From assembly GCA_964016885.1 (NCBI GenBank), contig OZ024754.1, forward strand, positions 22,196,001 to 22,260,000: DNA of 64,000 bases, written 5' to 3'. The DNA comes from Eledone cirrhosa (taxonomy: Eukaryota). Positions within the stretch are counted from its first letter, which is position 1, and each line of letters starts with the position of its first letter. The translations under genes and the position numbers were made by a program. Below, one piece after another: positions 1-11,956 of this stretch. The notes under the pieces were generated by a model that searched no databases, was not told where the DNA came from, and saw nothing but the letters and a program-made list of their open reading frames with translations.

Positions 1-200
1 CAACACGAGTCGAAGGGAATGGGAGATTATCCATGAACTAAAAAACAATACTGACATTATAATTAAGGAAGCGGACAAGGGAAGTACTGTCGTTATTATG
101 GATGCTGAACAGTATAAGAATTCTATGTTCTCTCTCTTACAATACACTAACTACTATGAAAGACTAAAAAACTACCAGCATTCAAAAACGATGACCAGAT
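1..200 (+). mobile_element. Penelope-like element RT fragment
   Basis: Reading frame gives TDIIIKEADKGSTVVIMD, the ADKG motif typical of PLE reverse transcriptases. It is followed by 3'UTR-like sequence (200-665) homologous to 21160-21720. Confidence 0.75.
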
Positions 201-239
201 TAAACACACACATACACACTCACATACAGAATCATTTTC

Positions 240-338
<99 letters not shown>

Positions 339-759
339 AGCACACAAATAAAAATACATATCTCTGCTTTCTTTATTTCAATAGAAAGTCTGAATTTTGA
401 CACCTCAGCACATCAGCCATACTCACTGAACCAGAACAATTCTCCCCATCCCTTTTTTCTTGACCATTATCTTTTGTTTGGCACCAAATTCTCTAAATGA
501 CTACAAAAAAAATTCCCAAATACGGGCGCGAAATTTAATATACTTACTTGAGCCACTTTTTTAAGTGAAAAGAAACCTCAAACACGAACTGGTGCGAATG
601 TTGATGTGCTTATTCACGTGACTGCGTCAACCAACCAAATTTCACTCATATATGAAAAAAACAATCGCTTTGTTCGTTTGTAAACAAACGGACAGCCTGA
701 TTTACGCCGTACAGTGTTCAGGCAACCACGTCACCTTTTTGTTTAACACTGACACAGGA

Positions 760-802
760 ACGATGTACTAGTTTCAAGCTTGTTAGCTATCGTCAGCACC
801 GT
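760..802 (-). ncRNA. Minimal type I hammerhead ribozyme
   Basis: Minus strand reads ACGGTG-CTGACGA-TAGCT AACA AGCTT-GAAA-CTAG-TA-CATCGT: stem I, core, stem II, palindromic stem III, GUA site. Confidence 0.8.
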
Positions 803-1211
803 ATACCTTTCTGCCAGATGGTTGAACGTTCGAAAGTATATACTTTCCTTATGAAAATTAACGGCTGAGCAGCCTAATTTGCATATCGAGTGAGTTCAGT
901 CGGCCAGGCGCACCGAAAACGATAAATGGAATAGAATGAAACGAAATTTCATTTCTCACTCTTAGTACGGCACTTACATAAATGTAAGTATGTATGTATA
1001 CGTACATACATATATGTATACAGACGTACAGTAGCATGTATATATATATATATATATATATACAGGCACACATATATATATGCACGTATCAGTTTACCGA
1101 ACATTTATTATAATGTTCGCTTTGTTCGTTTGTAAACAAACGGACAGCCTGATTTACGCCGTACAGTGTTCAGGCAACCACGTCACCTTTTTGTTCAACA
1201 CTGACACAGGA

Positions 1212-1254
1212 ACGATGTACTAGTTTCAAGCTTGTTAGCTATCGTCAGCACCGT
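1212..1254 (-). ncRNA. Minimal type I hammerhead ribozyme (unit 2)
   Basis: Identical to 760-802. Confidence 0.8.
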
Positions 1255-1487
1255 ATACCTTTCTGCCAGATGGTTGAACGTTCGAAAGTATATACTTTCC
1301 TTATGAAAATTAACGGCTGAGCAGCCTAATTTGCATATCGAGTGAGTTCAGTCGGCCAGGCGCACCGAAAACGATAAATGGAATAGAATGAAACGAAATT
1401 TCATTTCTCACTCTTAGTACGGCACTTACATAAATGTAAGTATGTATGTATACGTACATACATATATGTATACAGACATACAGTAGC

Positions 1488-1546
<59 letters not shown>

Positions 1547-1695
1547 CAGGCACATATATATATATGCACGTATCAGTTTACCGAACATTTATTATAATGT
1601 TCGCTTTGTTCGTTTGTAAACAAACGGACAGCCTGATTTACGCCGTACAGTGTTCAGGCAACCACGTCACCTTTTTGTTCAACACTGACACAGGA

Positions 1696-1738
1696 ACGAT
1701 GTACTAGTTTCAAGCTTGTTAGCTATCGTCAGCACCGT
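1696..1738 (-). ncRNA. Minimal type I hammerhead ribozyme (unit 3)
   Basis: Identical to 760-802. Confidence 0.8.
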
Positions 1739-1971
1739 ATACCTTTCTGCCAGATGGTTGAACGTTCGAAAGTATATACTTTCCTTATGAAAATTAACGG
1801 CTGAGCAGCCTAATTTGCATATCGAGTGAGTTCAGTCGGCCAGGCACACCGAAAACGATAAATGGAATAGAATGAAACGAAATTTCATTTCTCACTCTTA
1901 GTCCGGCACTTACATAAATGTAAGTATGTATGTATACGTACATACATATATGTATACAAACGTACAGTAGC

Positions 1972-2056
<85 letters not shown>

Positions 2057-2269
2057 CAGGCACACATATATATATGCACGTATCAGTTTACCGAACATTT
2101 ATTATAATGTTCGCTTTGTTCGTTTGTAAACAAACGGACAGCCTGATTTACGCCATACAGTGCCGTACTAAGAGTGAGAAATGAAATTTCGTTTCATTCT
2201 ATTCCATTTATATATATATACATATATATATATTGCGTATATATATATTATTTATATATATATATATTT

Positions 2270-2361
<92 letters not shown>

Positions 2362-2725
2362 ATATATTTATATATATATATTTATATATATATATTTAGC
2401 TAAACAGAAAGAATGAATGGAATAACAACAACACACAAACAAACAACACTGACCTAAGAGAAGTATAAATAAATAGAGAAATAAATAAATAAATACATAC
2501 ACAAGCACAATAACAACAAACACATATAAACACACACTAGTAAAGATAGAATACATTAACCAATACACAGTAACCCAAACAAGAACACACATCAAACAAA
2601 ACACTATTCACCAACGCAAACGCATGCGCAAAGAAGACAAAATAAAATAAACAAATAAATAAATATATAAACAGACTAAATAAAGATGGCGTAGAAAATA
2701 CAATGCAACGGGAGGCAACAATAGC

Positions 2726-2767
2726 ACCACTGACGATGTTGCAGATGTACAACGAAAGAACTTTGAT
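2726..2767 (+). ncRNA. Hammerhead-like motif in PLE 3'UTR-like sequence
   Basis: CTGACGA-TGTTG CAGATGTA CAAC-GAAA-GAAC-TT-TGA, with the same GAAA-GAAC-TT ending as 28681-28723. Stem I is imperfect. Confidence 0.5.
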
Positions 2768-2959
2768 AAACTATATATATGTGTTTGTGTCTATATTGTA
2801 TCTGTATTATTTTTGACCGTTGGTCAGTCAATGGCAACATTGAGGACCGAATAAATTAGATTACTGATATAAAAGACACAGAAACGAAAAGCGAAAACCA
2901 ACCAAACAGTGAGTGTGTTCTGTTATTAATTCTTGCAATATTACACAAATATGACCCTC

Positions 2960-2995
<36 letters not shown>

Positions 2996-2998
<3 letters not shown>

Positions 2999-3555
2999 TT
3001 AAAAATGTACATCCACATATGTATACTGAAATACTAGTATGCATATGAATACACACACGTGTACATATGTAGATGTACCGAGTTTTTCACTGGACACTTT
3101 ACTGTGAGTGTCCAGCTATTCTGTATGTAAACACACAGACAAACCGGTTTTTAGAGTCATACTGGTTTTCACGCTCTATGCAAATTAGTCTGCCCACTAC
3201 TAATTTTCATAGAAAAAGCATATAACGATATGTGCTTTTACGATTCTCTAGAAAGGCCGGAAGATAGGTAAATATTGCTGATGAGATGTAACAACATCGA
3301 AACTAGTCCAATATTCCTGTCTGGCTTTCTGGAGAATAGAGGAAAGGTGTTTCCTCGAAAACCAGTATGACTCTAAAAACCGGTTTGTCTGTGTGTTTAC
3401 ATACAGAATAGCTGGACACTCACAGTAAAGTGTCCAGTGAAAAACTCGGTACATCTACATATGTACACGTGTGTGTATTCATATGCATACTAGTATTTCA
3501 GTATACATATGTGGATGTACATTTTTAACTTAATTGTTTAAGCGTCAGTCATACA
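2996..3555 (+). repeat. Fold-back copy of retrozyme-like family B
   Basis: 2996-3170 and 3357-3531 are ~175-bp inverted repeats and the spacer holds an HHR. Homologous to the 466-bp units at 31113-32312. Confidence 0.85.
3271..3315 (+). ncRNA. Minimal type I hammerhead ribozyme with canonical core
   Basis: AATATTG-CTGATGA-GATGT AACA ACATC-GAAA-CTAG-TC-CAATATT. Perfect stems I and II, GUC site. Stem I extends further via flanking complementarity. Confidence 0.9.
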
Positions 3556-3613
<58 letters not shown>

Positions 3614-3689
3614 TAGAAGGGATATTTAATTTATTGGAAATTCAACAAATATAAATGTTTATAATTGATTCAGAGCACTCAACAGATTT

Positions 3690-3841
<152 letters not shown>

Positions 3842-3918
3842 GATATTCTACAGGACTAGAACTGTTTCATTCTTTAGAAATCATCAGGAATCTGATCATA
3901 TATATATATATATATGTG

Positions 3919-3952
<34 letters not shown>

Positions 3953-4385
3953 AAATGTCACAAGATCCCGACGGCAGAAGCTCAAGCCGTTTCGACGGCT
4001 ATATCTGGTCCATCTAGTTCCTTACCACACTTCCTAAAAACTTTGCAACTTTCAAATACCTTAAGCCAGTGTTAATGCCAAATGGCTAAAAAAGATTTCC
4101 CTTTTTTTTTTTAAACCCACTCGACAAAATACGCCCTCCACCAACTTCCCACCCTACCCCTACCCCCTCTCGACCCGAAACACGACACTATGGTCATGTA
4201 AGTACTTCTTACCTACCTGCCCTTTCCGCATGTAGAGCGTACTTCATCTTTATACTGTATATGTGTGTGTATATGTGTATATTTATGAGTGTATGTATGT
4301 ACGTATTTGTATGAGTGGCCGTACGTATGTATGCGTATGTTTGTGTGTACGTGCGTTTATATGTATATGCGTATATGTGTATGTA

Positions 4386-4436
<51 letters not shown>

Positions 4437-4438
<2 letters not shown>

Positions 4439-5250
4439 AGGGCGGGTAAAATTCCCGAGATCCATGGACGAGTTCTCTCCAGCGGTCTCTGTCCCTCATT
4501 ATCGCTGCCATGTCCTGCGTCTCCAACAGACCAGTGTCTGTCGTTAGCGCATCAACATACGTTAACCTTGGGCTTCCTCTTCCAGTGTGTCCATGTAGGG
4601 GCTCCCACAGGAGCACTGAGTGCAATGTCAACTCTGGATGTAGGTGACCATGTCCAGCTAACCTCAGACTCCTCTGTGTCACTTTTGAGCTGACTTTTGG
4701 GAGGCTCCCGTACAGCTCTGAGTTTTTCATCCTCAGTGTATACTGATTAATGTTCAGAGCCATCCTTAGCATTCTTGTGTAGCACCCATCCACCATCTGA
4801 GTGAGTTTCTTGGTCAGTGTTCAAGTCTCAGACCCGTACAGCAGCACAGACTCCACTACATCAATGAAGAGGCGGATGTTCAGGTCTTTACGAAGGTTCG
4901 ACTTCCACACCGATCTCAAGCTGTGGCACGCCGCCCAGGCTTTGCTCTTCCTCTCAATCACATCATCTTCCGTATTCCCAATCTTTGCTCCCAAATACAG
5001 GAAGTCCTCAACCAATTCTAGCGGTTTCCCGCCTACATTAGTGATCCCCTCTGGCTTCTTAACATTCTCTACCAGATATTTTGTCTTAGTCTCATTCATT
5101 TTCAGCCCCACACTCATCGAAACAGTCTCAACCTCCTGCATCAAATCCTCTGCCTCCTTCACTGTATTTGTCACCAAAACTATGTTGTCGGCAAATTCAG
5201 CATCTGATATCATTTTCGTCTTAACTCTCCTGCTCTGAGCCGGTGCTACA
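4437..5250 (-). mobile_element. RTE-clade LINE 3' fragment (family 2)
   Basis: ORFs 4821-5279 and 4437-4796 carry EFADNI, FLYLG, VLLYGSET and GRGSPRLTYVD. Close paralog of 54298-55110. Confidence 0.85.
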
Positions 5251-5399
5251 TAGTTTGTGTTATATAGTTTCGTTGACAAGTATATTAATGTGAACAGACG
5301 CGCAGATATATTGCCCTTGGTATGACAGTGTGGTTTTAGCTCAATGTAGGATAACTAGTATAAGTTTAGGAATAACCAAAGTATGCTTAGAAATACATT

Positions 5400-5466
5400 G
5401 TTTTATTTGCTAATAGTGTTTCATCCATACCTTATGGCAGGAATCATCAGAGCTTATAAACAAAAA
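5400..5466 (-). ncRNA. Hammerhead-like motif
   Basis: Minus strand: CTGATGA-TTCCTGCC ATAA GGTATGGAT-GAAA-CAC-TA. Stem II is good, stem I weak. Confidence 0.45.
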
Positions 5467-5789
5467 TATATCAAAGGTTGCAGGCTCCATCAAGCTAAGT
5501 CACCAGAACAAGGATAAAGGACAAGTATATACGTATACAAGTATATACTCTGCCTGTACATCCTGTAGTTGCACTGATTGTGAATTGATGTATCTATGCT
5601 TTGTTTTTTTTTTGTTTTTTGATCATGCTGAGTAACACCGTCACTCATTTCTTGCTATCCTCTCTCAACCTCCTTATCATCTATTGTACTATTTATGTGA
5701 TACATTTTTTATGTAATTTTTTATGACATTTTATGACATTATGTGCGTCATGTATTGTTTTTCTATATAGCGCTGGCCTTGGGACCCCC

Positions 5790-6635
5790 TACGTATGGAT
5801 TCACCGAACATTTATTATAATGCTCGGTGTGTTTGTAAACAAACATCCCGTATAAAGCCGCAGTGTCTAGCAACCACTGTTGCTCGTTTGTTCAACACTG
5901 ACAAAGGAACGCTGTACTAGTTTCAAGCTTGTTAGCTATCGTCAGCAACATATACCTTCCTGCCAGATTGTTGAACGTCCGAAAGTATATACTTTCCTTA
6001 TGCCCACTCGATATGCAAATTAGGCTGCTCAGCCGTTAATATGCATAAGGAAAGTATATACTTTCGGACGTTCAACAATCTGGCAGGAAGGTATACGTTG
6101 TTGACAATAGCTAACAAGCTTGAAACTAGTACAGCATTCCTTTGTCAGTGTTGAACAAACGAGCAACGATGGTTGCTAGACACTGCGGCTTTATACGGGA
6201 TGTTTGTTTACAAGCACACCGAGCATTATAATAAATGTTTGGTGAATCCATACGTACATATATATATGTGTGCATGTATATATATGTACATACTACTGTA
6301 CGTCTGTATACATATATGTATGTACGTATACATACTTATATTTAAGTAACAGCCGTACTAAGAGTGGGAAATGAAATTTCGTTTCATTTTTTCCGTTTAT
6401 CGTTTTCGGTGCACCCGGCCGATTAACCCACTCGATATGCAAATTGGGCTACTCAGCCGTTAATATGCATAAGGAAAGTATATATATATATATATAAGTG
6501 TGTGCATGTATATATATATATACATACTACTGTACGTCTGTATACATATATGTATGTACGTATACATACTTATATTTAAGTAACAGCCGTACTAAGAGTG
6601 GGAAATGAAATTTCGTTTCATTTTTTCCGTTTATT
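5790..6635. repeat. Fold-back plus tandem copy of retrozyme-like family A
   Basis: About 5790-6003 is inverted relative to 6043-6256, and tandem continuation runs to about 6635. HHR at 5909-5951 (-); a mutated-core copy (TTGACAA) lies at about 6095-6137 (+). Confidence 0.8.
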
Positions 6636-6652
6636 CTATATATATTATATAT

Positions 6653-6700
6653 ATACTAACTGGCACGTCCGGCTGGGTACACCGGCATTTTATCTTTTCA
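6653..6700 (+). mobile_element. Possible 5' end of a Helitron/Helentron-derived non-autonomous element
   Basis: TACTAACTGGCACGTCCGG...CCGG resembles the reverse complement of the 3' end at 10770-10793. Inserted in (TA)n. Confidence 0.3.
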
Positions 6701-6979
6701 GGAATCCCCCTTCCACTACAGTGCAAAGATACCGCACGCCCTTTCATGTCACCGACGAGGGGGGTGGTAACGTGCTCTGATGTTGGGTTTGAATAGTTTT
6801 TAGGATTCCCCACTTCAGTAGCCAGTACGTTAATGAAAATTGATACTTACAACAATAAAGGCTGAACAGAGAACAAATTTTTTAACAAATAATAATTTGT
6901 ACAACCATAATGGAAATTCCAAGTAACAGAAAATATTTAAATTACATTGTTAGAGCCTCAGAGTTTACAATATTATTTT

Positions 6980-9900
6980 GTTCGGCCCTCCGGAGCAAAG
7001 ATGAAGAGATGAAGAGATGAAGAGATAGGGCCAAACAACTATGCAGTGTCATGGAGGAGGGCCATGTTATTAAATATGTAAATAAATTTTCTGGAGGTTT
7101 AAAGCAAAACAAGGAATTTAATATAATTTTATTTTAACAAGGTCCCTTATTTTACTGCAGGAATAACAAACAAAAAAAAGAAAAAAAACTACAAACACAT
7201 CAACAAAAAAAAAAAGCAAATTCATTATTTTGCTGCAGGAATAACAGAAAAACAACTACTATCACAACAACAACAAAAAAGCAAATTCCTTGCTACAAAC
7301 GAAATACAGTTAGAAATGGTAAATTATTTCATGAGACTCTTGTTTCTACTTATTGTGTGATAACTTCTCCACATCGGTTGAAATATTTGTCGATGACAGG
7401 AGCAAAACATCATCCAGGTGGTCGTCACGCAACCTTGTTCTTAAATCACTTTTAGTATATTTCATTTTTGAAAAAAGTTGTTCACAAGCATATGTACTTC
7501 CAAATAATGATATCATCAGTTTCGCATTAGTCAAGATGTTTTTATATTTTCCGTTTGGCAATATATATTTCTTGTAGAAGTCAGCAGTGGATTCGAACTG
7601 AAATTTCGATTTCAAAGATTCGTCGCACTGTAAGTCAATTAACTCCAACTCATATTCTTCTGCCACTTGCTCCACATCTGTTTCGTAAGGAGTACCAAAT
7701 AACTTAAATAGAGTTCCATATTGCCGGAAGTCAGCAAAACGAGAGGAAGACTCGCTTCTGAAATCCTTAATAGAGCTCACAAAGATGTCTGGAATTATAT
7801 CTCTCTTGTGATTTTGGAGACTTGGGAAATGAGAGTAGTTTCCTTTTTGAAGTTGTGATTCCCACAGTCGAAGTTTTCTCTCAAAAGCAGTAATTTGAAC
7901 AAACATCTCAAATACAACCTTGTTCTTTCCTTGAAGCTCAAGATTCAAAGTGTTCATGTGGGTCGTGATGTCCACTAAAAAAGCTAACCTGACAACCCAC
8001 TGTGGATCCTGAAAGTAAGGATTCTAAAAACATAGAAATCTCTTCTCCCAATGCATTTACTCGTTCTATCATTTTTCCGCGTCTAAGCCATCGAACATTT
8101 GAAAAATATGTAAGGTCGCCATACTCTGCTTCAATTTGTTTCAGAAATTCTTGAAACTGGCGATGATTTAGTCCTCTTGACAGTATAAAATTCACTGTTT
8201 TCACGACCCCTGCCATGATGTCCTTAAAATTCAGTGACTTTGCACATAATGCTTGTTGATGAATAATGATTTCTTTATTAACCACAAGGGTTTACATAAA
8301 GTAGACATTAAGGGTTTACATAAAGTAGACATTAAGGTGACTTTGGAGCAATGCAACAAACCCCTTTTTCTCTCCAACGATTGCTGGTGCTCTATCTGTG
8401 ACTACTCCAGAAAACTTTGATAAATCCAGATTCATTTCGGTAATCCATTTTATTATGCTTTCCAAAATATCTGCTCCAGTGCTAGTGTCCTTCATAGGAA
8501 TCAATTGTACAAATTCTTCCACAATATAAAATGTTGGTGTTACACCCCTGACAAACACTGCAAGTTGACAAGTATCCTTCATATCTGTGGTTTCATCGAT
8601 AGCAATGGAATAATACTCCAGATTATTTAAAATGCCCTTCAAGCCACTTCTGACATTTGCTGCCAGCTCTTCAATTCGCCTTGTTACTGTTCTTGCCGAT
8701 AAGCTGATCGCAGAAAATAATTCCCTTTTTTCTAGACAAACAACATCTGCTACCTTCAACAATAATTCTTTGAAGAAATCTCCATCAGTAAAAGGTTTCA
8801 TCCTTTCTGCAATTAGTTTTGACACCTCGTAGCTAGCACGAGTGTTTCGATCACTTTCTTCAACTTTTCTAGTGAAAAAGGATGATTGCTTTGTTACATT
8901 ATTTCTCAGCCGTGCAACTTCGTTTACTCGTGCTTTTCCAGTAAAACTGTTGTAATGATTATGACGAGTTTCATAGTGCCGTTTAATATTTGAAACTCTC
9001 TTCACGGCAATGGTTTCTTGACAAATTAAGCAAACACATTTTCCCAAGTGCTCAATGAAAAAATAGCTAAGTGTCCAGCCATCGTTAAAAGTTCGGCACT
9101 CCAAATCCACTTTTCTTTTCTTAGCTTCCATGGGCTTGTTTTTGTTCAAACAAAAAAAATTTATGGAAAGGAAAAAGAACAAAAAGTATAATAATCAGAA
9201 TGAAGAAATAAGAAACAATGAAAACAAATGTAAATGCAAATACAGTAATGCGATAAAATATGATAATTGTGAATAAATTATATAAAACCAGGTTTCTAAC
9301 GACGTTGTTAGATCAGGGTTGCCACTTGTTTTTTTAAACCACTTTTGGCCTAATTCTAATAATAATAATTCACACAATTTATCACAAATAATTAAATAAA
9401 CGTTATTATCGAATAAGGATACCTACTGTATAGTTGTTATACCACCAGACAACAAACTCAAATGAAAATACTCTGGGGGGGGGGGGGGACGAAGTAATTT
9501 TTCCAAGGACAGCTTTACCTTGTGTCGAGGGGCACAGGCAAGGTCAGGCAAACGAAGACGACAATAATTCACGAGTGATTTTATTGAATGACAATATGGG
9601 TATAAAAGTGAGTCATGCGAACCGTAAGGTAGTATACATTCCAGTCGTTGACGGAAATGCATACTTCCTGCCAACATTTGTGTTTGTTGACTGGAACAAA
9701 AACACATACATGAAATCACAGGAAATAATAATACAGGTGATATAATGCTTAATAATACAGGTGATATAATGTTTAATAATACAGGTGATATAATGCTTGG
9801 CGGAAAGCCCAGAAAAAGATGGATAAGAGGAAATAATAATAAATGGAAAATATAATAAGGTTACAAAGGTATCTGTAAATATATACGGTATGAGCAGTGA

Positions 9901-10029
9901 TTTAAAGTGAACTACTGTATCTGTATTCGATACTAATTAGATAATTAGTGTCCAGTGTAAGATGGCGGGCCGGACAAAAATCACTTGAGAGCCGGATGTG
10001 GCCCGCGGACCGGGGGTTGCCGACCCCTG
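6980..10029 (-). mobile_element. hAT DNA transposon (Charlie/Buster/SPIN-like)
   Basis: TIR CAGGGGTCGGCAAC ends at 10029 on the minus strand, flanked by CCCTAGAG, with GCGGGCC subterminal motif. The other TIR was not found, so the left boundary is approximate. Confidence 0.75.
7346..9130 (-). pseudogene. Disrupted hAT transposase (GTF2IRD2/SPIN-like)
   Basis: KKRKVDLECRTF, zinc finger CLIC..HYETRH, YYSIAIDETTD, VRWL, LFGSTYACEQLFS. Split across three frames, with a 24-bp duplication near 8290-8335. Confidence 0.9.
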
Positions 10030-10039
10030 CCCTAGAGCA

Positions 10040-10180
10040 TCCTACATACAATTGACCATGGTAGAAGCACTGACCTCGTAGCTCGTCTCACGGAGAATCT
10101 CTGTAGACGTTGACCTCTGGACACTCCTGCCAGGAGCAGGTAAGCTGTAGTGACTTAGAGGCCTACCACCAATCTCCAAG
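10040..10180 (-). mobile_element. Helitron Rep/helicase fragment
   Basis: GRPLSHYSLPAPGRS...EILRETSYE resembles the segment preceding the Pif1 helicase in Helitrons. Confidence 0.5.
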
Positions 10181-10669
10181 ACACTGTTTTCATACCACGC
10201 ATCTGATAAGCCAAACGGTAAGTGGAACATTGATGGCCATTGATGGTTCTCAGATCTTAGAAAGACTGTGGTCCTCTAACCTTGAACAGTAACAATGACG
10301 ATAAGCCGTCTGTGCTTTCGTGAAATAAATAGGTTTTTGTTTTTGTGTATGCAAAAGTATCTGTACACGAATATATATATTAAAATAACAGATTAAAGTT
10401 TAAGCAAAGAATCGCTGCTTTCACCCTTAACGGGATCTTCTGAAACTAAAAAAATCAGTCTGTGAACGCAGAAGTAAGTATTTCGAAAACGTTATCTAAT
10501 GCAGACAGATATGTATCTATCTAAAAAGACAGACTAAGGGAAAGAAGGGAATGTTGTGCGACGTCATAAGAAAAAGTGAGGAATGACGTATAACCGGAAG
10601 TGTTGACATTTGAAATTTTAAAGAAGTGAATATTTAAATAATGTCTTTAATCTTTTAACAAAATTCAGT

Positions 10670-10795
10670 AGACAAAAATACCCTCACTTTTTTACTTGGA
10701 AAAAGTTACATCTATGGTGCAAATTTGGTGCTGTTTGGTCCAGCCGTTTGGCGGAAACTTTGTTACCTACATACGGCCGTCAGCTTTATAGTATA
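10670..10795 (+). mobile_element. Helentron/DINE-like 3' end
   Basis: CAAATTTGG...CAGCCGTTTGGCGG...CTTTATAGTA into (TA)n, resembling non-autonomous Helentron-derived ends. Confidence 0.35.
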
Positions 10796-10874
10796 TATAT
10801 ATATATATTATATATATATATTATATATATATTTTATATATATATATTTTATATACATATATTTTATACACACA

Positions 10875-10926
<52 letters not shown>

Positions 10927-10930
<4 letters not shown>

Positions 10931-11803
10931 TTAGAGAGCTTATACCGCTGTTGGCCACAAAAGGTTTCTCTCTAAAAATGAAAGGCAGACTGTATGATGC
11001 CTGTATAGGAACAGCAATGCTACATGGCAGTGAGACATGGGTATTGTGTGCAGAGGACTTGCGCAGACTGGAAAGGAACGAAACATGCATGCTCCGTTGG
11101 ATGTGTAATAGTAATATACGTGAACAGCAAAGCATAAATGAACTAAATGAGAAATTAGGAATAACAGGGATCAGACGCTGTTTACGTGAGAGAAGTATGG
11201 TCACGTGATGCGCATGAAAGACGAGAGCTGTATAGAAAAGTGCAGGGCGATCAAAATTGATGGTAGTTACGGAGTAGGTAGACCCAGAAAAATCAGGGAC
11301 GATTTGATAAATTCCGACTTTACACACTTGCAGCTCTCTAAGATAATGTCACTGGACTAAGATCTTTGGCGCTACGCAGTAACACAGAAGACCCACCTTG
11401 CCTATGTACAAAACGAAACCTACAGGCACCTCTTAACCAAATATACACCCCAATCCACTACCACTATCCTAACGTCCCACCCCACCAATACCACTCTCTC
11501 TCTGTAAAGTTGGTACCACAACATCCAGTCCGAATAAATGAGATAATGAGATCAAGATCGAGATCGTGTAGGTGTCACGACCAAAAAACACACAGTCCAC
11601 GCTGTAATGTGGTCGTGTAGGTAACACGGTAAAAAGTTCCCAGTTCCACACTGTAAATGTGGTTGGTGTTAGGAAAGGCATGCAGCCGTAGAAAACCTGC
11701 CAAATAGTCCCAACCCGACCAACCTTGCCTCAAGTGGGACAACTCCCGTCTAACCCATGCTATCGTGGAAGATGGACGTTAAATGAAGATGATGATGATG
11801 CTG
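10927..11803 (+). mobile_element. RTE LINE 3' fragment (family 1)
   Basis: KGRLYDACI-TAMLHGSETW motif, the family 3'UTR and a (TGA)n tail. Confidence 0.85.
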
Positions 11804-11893
11804 ATATATATATATATATATATATATTAAAATACTGATATATATATATATATTAAAATACAAATATTAATAAAATAGATGTTCTTTTGATCA

Positions 11894-11956
11894 ATTACAT
11901 TTTATTATCCATATTTCGGATGTACAACAGTACGTCCTCATCAGACAAAATATAAT
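11894..11956 (-). ncRNA. Type I hammerhead ribozyme in PLE 3'UTR
   Basis: ATTATATTTTGT-CTGATGA-GGACGTAC TGTT GTACATCC-GAAA-TATGGA-TA-ATAAAATGTAAT. Confidence 0.75.

Larger units (their letters stand above)
665..2210 (-). repeat. Tandem array of ORF-less hammerhead-bearing units (retrozyme-like family A), 3 full units plus a partial unit and an inverted tail
   Basis: Units start at 665, 1117, 1601 and 2111 (452/484/510 bp; the length differences come mainly from an internal (TA)n). 2160-2210 is an inverted copy of about 922-972. One HHR per unit. Confidence 0.85.

Noticed and set aside
858-2416. Repeated ORFs ending in ...SLDMQIRLLSR and many YI-, HT- or CV-repeat ORFs across the window
   Set aside because: They are translations of (TA)n, (CA)n and (TATG)n microsatellites and tandem units, with no domain signal.
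3851-3894. CTGATGA-TTTCTAAAGAAT-GAAA on the minus strand
   Set aside because: The core is present but stem I does not pair convincingly. At best it is a decayed HHR.
3984-4001. AGCCGT-TTCG-ACGGCT hairpin
   Set aside because: It is an isolated short hairpin with no larger supportable structure or second copy.
10405-10445. CAGAAGA-TCCC/GGGT-GAAA on the minus strand
   Set aside because: The core is mutated, there is no UH site in register and no stem I.
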